A DNA stretch of 64,000 nt from Desulfobacterales bacterium. Its GTDB lineage: Bacteria > Desulfobacterota > Desulfobacteria > Desulfobacterales > UBA5852. Below are positions 60,203 to 64,000 of this stretch, piece by piece. The stretch spans positions 1,216,001-1,280,000 of the forward strand of contig CAXXVS010000001.1 in NCBI GenBank assembly GCA_963674755.2. The letters are read 5' to 3'. How positions within the stretch are numbered: the first letter of the stretch is position 1; every line of letters starts with the position of its first letter. The notes under the pieces are model-generated. The model was not told the origin of the DNA. It ran no database searches and saw only the letters and a program-made list of their open reading frames with translations. The translations under genes were made by a program, and so were the position numbers.

Positions 60203-60811
60203 ATGCGAGAGGCTGGCAAAGGGGTTGTCTATGGTGTCATCCTGGCCGCCGGCCTATCCCGGCGTTTTGGGGTCGATAAACTGTTGCACCCGCTTTGCGG
60301 CAAGCCGGTATTTTCATGGATCTTGGAGGCTGTGTGCGATTCCGCATTGGCTGGGGCTGTTGTCGTATGCCGGCCGGAGTTGGTCCCCCATTTGCCGTCA
60401 GATTCGAAAATCCGATCGGTCATCAACCCCACACCTGAGGCCGGGCAATCGGAATCCATGCATTTGGGGCTCGCCGCATTGCCTGAACAAACGACTCACG
60501 TCCTGTTTCTCCTGGCGGACCAGCCCCTGATCACCACGGCCCTGATCGACGAATGTGTCGATTTGGCGGAGCATGGCAGCACGTTGGCTTGTTTCAGCAG
60601 CAATGATTATCTCGGACCGCCGGCGCTATTCGGCCAAAAATGGTTTGAATGCTTGCGCGATCTCCCCGGCGATAGCGGCGCCAAAAAAATATTATTGAAG
60701 GAGCGGAGTGCGTTGCAGCTGGTCAGGGCCCAGTTCCAAGGGCAGGAACAGGATATCGATTATAAGGAAAACCTTAAATCCCTTGAGTCGTTGATGCAAA
60801 AGCACCGATAG
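60203..60811 (+). CDS. mocA: Molybdenum cofactor cytidylyltransferase-like NTP transferase
   Basis: ILAAGLSRRFG.DKL, LADQP, PPALF, GDSGAK and DID. Confidence 0.78.
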   Translation: MREAGKGVVYGVILAAGLSRRFGVDKLLHPLCGKPVFSWILEAVCDSALAGAVVVCRPELVPHLPSDSKIRSVINPTPEAGQSESMHLGLAALPEQTTHVLFLLADQPLITTALIDECVDLAEHGSTLACFSSNDYLGPPALFGQKWFECLRDLPGDSGAKKILLKERSALQLVRAQFQGQEQDIDYKENLKSLESLMQKHR

Positions 60812-61177
60812 GGTCTTTTCAAACGCCGCCCAGGGGATGCGCTTGGCCATCTTCCCCCAACGATTGTTACGGCGTGAGTCGGCCACCCCAGGGCAGGTCA
60901 AAATCTTCAAATCCCATTTGCCGTTTTTTCCCTGAGAAATCTGTTTATTCCAATTTACAAACAGGAATAATGATTATTATATTACAATTTATGGGTTGAT
61001 GGCCCTGAAGTTGCCTGCGGGCCGAACCTGAAGCGTGGCAGGGGATACCGCCCTTGCTGCTCAATTCACCCGTTTGCGCGACGTCAGTGTGGAACTGCGT
61101 GGTTTGCACGGTCACCTGCCGCTTCCCGTAAGGGAAGCAATTGAACCATAGATGCTTTTATCCAAGAGGAGGGTAAT

Positions 61178-61615
61178 ATGGGCACGACGACCAATAGGTT
61201 TTTTCGCACGGCTGCTGTTTTTGGCGTTTTATGCATCTTATGCGCCTGCGCGACGACAACGGATACCACCGAGTCATCGTCCAATACCTTTCACAACACC
61301 ACCAACGCCACCAGCAAATTTACCTCCAGTACCAGTCCGGGAGGAGGCTCATCCGACTCAGCCCAAAACGAACAGGCCCTGGCTTTTTCACGGGTGAACC
61401 TCGAACGCCTCAAAACCGATATGGCGCTTGGGGGCGGCGAGCACCTCACGTCGCTGGCCACCCTGCTGAATGTCCCGGCCCACAATCAGCCGGAATTTTT
61501 TGCCCTGACAAAAGCGAATTTCAATACGCTGTTCGTTTCGGAAAACACCACCGCCGAGGAATTGTTGGCAGGGCTCGACAACGAGCTGGACGCCAATCCC
61601 GGGCTGCTCAAATAG
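61178..61615 (+). CDS. DUF3015-like lipoprotein
   Basis: Lipobox-like LCAC, Thr/Ser-rich linker and N..RLKTDMALGGGEHLTSLA. Confidence 0.7.
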   Translation: MGTTTNRFFRTAAVFGVLCILCACATTTDTTESSSNTFHNTTNATSKFTSSTSPGGGSSDSAQNEQALAFSRVNLERLKTDMALGGGEHLTSLATLLNVPAHNQPEFFALTKANFNTLFVSENTTAEELLAGLDNELDANPGLLK

Positions 61616-61618
61616 CCG

Positions 61619-63610
61619 TTGCGGTATAAACGAAGGCGTCGTTTGCGAACAAGGCCGGCAGGATTCCCGATCTCCCGCAAGGTGCTTGTATGCGTCATGG
61701 GTGTATCGTTAAGCATGATGCGGCCTTGTGCGCACCTGTCGTGCGCGGTGGCGGCGACCGCCGGTAGCGAAGCATACCTGATTCAGCTTCAGGAGACGGC
61801 CCAAGCCAAAAAGCTCTGGGCGCATCGCCAATGGCAGGTATTGCTGCACTACCGGCCACGCCTTGCGGGAGAGGGCGTGGAAAGCCAGGTCGACGACCCC
61901 GCGTTTTTCCTGAGCCCTTCCGGCAAATTCGATCCCCAGGCCGAACTGTACGCTACGCTGGCCAGCTTTCTGGCGCCTCCTGATCAGGAGGAGGGGACCG
62001 AACACCCCCAGTGCCAATTCATTGCGCGCTACCAATGGCTGAAGCAGGAACTCGGCTTCGATGCCGAAGTCCTTCCGGAATACGCCTGCCCCCAATTTGA
62101 CGACTGGCTGGCCGAGATGGACCCGGATGCGGTGACACTTGTCTTCCCGGTCGCCTATCTCAACAATCCGGCTTCCATGTTCGGACACACGCTTCTGCGT
62201 ATCGACTCGAATCAACGGAGCACCCCAACCCGCCTGCTCGACTTCACCATCAACTATGCCGCCGACACCCAGGAAGAGCCCGGGCTGTCATATGCCATGA
62301 AAGGATTGTTCGGGGGCTATGAAGGCAGCTTTTCCGTAGCGCCGTATTATGCCCAGGTGAAACGGTATGGGGATATCGAAAATAGAGATATCTGGGAATA
62401 CCGCCTTGCCCTGTCCCATGCAGAAGTGCTTCGCCTGTTGCGGCACACCTGGGAATTGCGGACGGCAAGCCTGGACTACTATTTCCTGGACGAAAATTGT
62501 TCCTATCAATTGCTTTCCCTGTTGGAAGCCGCGCGTCCGTCCATGCACCTGCTGGATCAGTTTGACTTTTGGGCGATTCCGGCCGATACGGTGCGGGCCG
62601 TCGCCCATGAAGAGGATCTGATCGCATCCGCAACCTTCCGTCCTTCCCGCCGAACGGTGCTTCAGGAAAGAGCAAACCAGCTTGAACCCGCCTTGCAGGA
62701 GATCGCCCAATGCATCGGAGACGACCGCTGCCCGGTCGATTCGGTTGCCCAAAGGGGGCTGTCGCCCCTGGACCAGGCCAGGATTCTGGAGTTGGCAATG
62801 GATTATGTGGGGTATCGTTATGCCGCGCAAAAGGAAGATACGGCCGAAAACGATCCCCGCTTGACGGCCATTCTGCGCTATCGGAGCCGACTGGATATCC
62901 CCCCGCAGACGCCGGAAACGGAACCACCGCCCGAGAGGCCGGATCAGGGGCATCCCAGCGTACGTGCGGAAATCAGCTACGGCTACGAAAATGACCAGTC
63001 ATTTTTACAGCTCAGTCTAAGGCCTGCGCTGCACGATTTGCTCGATCCGCCCGGCGGCTATATCGATGGCGCCGCGCTTGACTTCCTGGATATCGCGGGG
63101 CGTTACTATGTAAACGACGACAACCTGGTCCTGGAATACCTGGACTTCGTGGATATCGTGTCCGTACCGGCCCGGGACCGCTTTATCAAACCATGGTCGT
63201 GGAAAGCCAATGTAGGCCTGAAGCGCATGCAGTTCGATGACGACGACCGACCGCTTACCGGTAACATCAATGTCGGCGCCGGGTTGAGCTATGAATTGGG
63301 GCCGGACGTCCGGTTAAGCCTGTTGGCCGAAGCCATGGCGGTGGTCAGTGACCGCTTTGACGGCTATCTGGCATTGGGTGCCGGTCCCAGCGGCGGGGTC
63401 ATTGTTGCGCTGACCGACAGATGGCGTGTGGCGCTTTATGCGCGCGGGCTGGCCTTTGCCTTGGGCGACACATGTTTTTCGTATGACATGGCTCTCGATC
63501 AGGCCATCGACCTGACGCCGCGCACGGGTCTGCGGATTCGTCTGTCGCGCCAGCAAGAGTTTGGCAGCCCCTATAATTCGGTATCCGCCGGGTATGTCAT
63601 TTATTTCTAG
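61619..63610 (+). CDS. DUF4105/Lnb-N-domain protein with a probable C-terminal beta-barrel
   Basis: PASMFGHTLLRID, ENRDIWEY, YYFLDENCS, HDLLDP and a C-terminal Phe (YVIYF). Start uncertain (61619-61720). Confidence 0.75.
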   Translation: MRYKRRRRLRTRPAGFPISRKVLVCVMGVSLSMMRPCAHLSCAVAATAGSEAYLIQLQETAQAKKLWAHRQWQVLLHYRPRLAGEGVESQVDDPAFFLSPSGKFDPQAELYATLASFLAPPDQEEGTEHPQCQFIARYQWLKQELGFDAEVLPEYACPQFDDWLAEMDPDAVTLVFPVAYLNNPASMFGHTLLRIDSNQRSTPTRLLDFTINYAADTQEEPGLSYAMKGLFGGYEGSFSVAPYYAQVKRYGDIENRDIWEYRLALSHAEVLRLLRHTWELRTASLDYYFLDENCSYQLLSLLEAARPSMHLLDQFDFWAIPADTVRAVAHEEDLIASATFRPSRRTVLQERANQLEPALQEIAQCIGDDRCPVDSVAQRGLSPLDQARILELAMDYVGYRYAAQKEDTAENDPRLTAILRYRSRLDIPPQTPETEPPPERPDQGHPSVRAEISYGYENDQSFLQLSLRPALHDLLDPPGGYIDGAALDFLDIAGRYYVNDDNLVLEYLDFVDIVSVPARDRFIKPWSWKANVGLKRMQFDDDDRPLTGNINVGAGLSYELGPDVRLSLLAEAMAVVSDRFDGYLALGAGPSGGVIVALTDRWRVALYARGLAFALGDTCFSYDMALDQAIDLTPRTGLRIRLSRQQEFGSPYNSVSAGYVIYF

Positions 63611-63868
63611 TGTCCGTCCAGCGTCGGGATTCCTGCTTAAAACCGGTTCGGTCACGTCCGTCTCTCAATTGGCAGCGCCCATCGGAAGGGGTACTCGGCA
63701 GCGGCCAGGGCACGAGGAACTTTTGGGTCTGTCCGCAGAACGATTCCACCGTCCGGGCCGCTTGCGCATTTCGGGCCTCCTCATCCAGCAGGTTTTTCCC
63801 CGCGCCATCTTTGACCCGCAAAACGCCGCTGCCCGCGACGTTTCCCATGAAGAGCGCCTTTTCATCCC

Positions 63869-64000
63869 TCATGTGCCTGGCCGCAGGCGCAGACTTTCCC
63901 CCAGATGCGAGCGGTCCCCCAGTGCTTTGAGCAACGGTCCCTGTTCCGTCATTTCCACGATGCTCAAGGAGGCCACCGGCATGCTGATCCGGTCGCGATA
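63869..64000 (-). CDS. 3' end of a probable histidine phosphatase (phosphoglycerate mutase-like) gene, truncated by the window edge
   Basis: Minus frame YRDRISMPVASLSIVEMTEQGPLLKALGDRSHL...* resembles the family C-terminus (S.S.v...DxSHL). Confidence 0.5.
   Translation of the reverse strand, partial: YRDRISMPVASLSIVEMTEQGPLLKALGDRSHLGESLRLRPGT

Noticed and set aside
54315..60811. Calling the enzyme a selenium-dependent nicotinate dehydrogenase or an aerobic CO dehydrogenase
   Set aside because: No yqeB/yqeC/selD or 6-hydroxynicotinate reductase genes in the window, and the CoxL AYxCSFR motif is absent. The substrate cannot be assigned from sequence.
63597..63872. 91-aa minus-strand ORF overlapping the upstream stop (ATGA)
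   Set aside because: The coupling is suggestive, but the sequence has no recognisable features and overlaps the convergent gene end. Not enough support.

Overview
GC-rich window from what looks like a sulfate-reducing, Desulfobacterales-like bacterium (inferred from the Wood-Ljungdahl acs cluster plus the Tmc complex). All calls come from motifs recognised by eye; no searches were run. 1-10.6 kb: CODH/ACS cluster (partial acsV/RACo, acsD with a long Ala/Lys/Glu tail, cooS/acsA, acsB, acsC, acsE, DUF3786-like gene). 10.8-16.3 kb: a 1392-aa PPDK-like dikinase that lacks the pyruvate-binding domain and carries ~890 aa of unrecognised N-terminal sequence, followed by an atypical GAPDH. This pair is the best candidate for an undescribed system. 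16-35 kb: USP, CoA-disulfide reductase-rhodanese fusion, PAS hybrid kinase, DUF554, radical SAM, tkt, tmcDCBA plus a response regulator, LysM lytic transglycosylase, yhbY, secretin-like protein, dapL. 36-44 kb: sigma54 module (activator, visible enhancer sites and -24/-12 promoter, USP, SLC13/TrkA-C permease, two cytidylate-kinase-like proteins, RR, HK). 44-49 kb: SNF2 helicase plus SWIM-HTH protein, flanked by a 107-bp hairpin and a possible antitoxin remnant. 49-61 kb: GntR-associated catabolic island (UlaG-like lactonase, Hyi, amidohydrolase, four-subunit NdhFSLM-like molybdenum hydroxylase, Moco maturation genes). 61-64 kb: DUF3015-like lipoprotein, DUF4105/Lnb-like protein and a partial histidine phosphatase. 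No rRNA, tRNA, CRISPR array or intact transposase was recognised.
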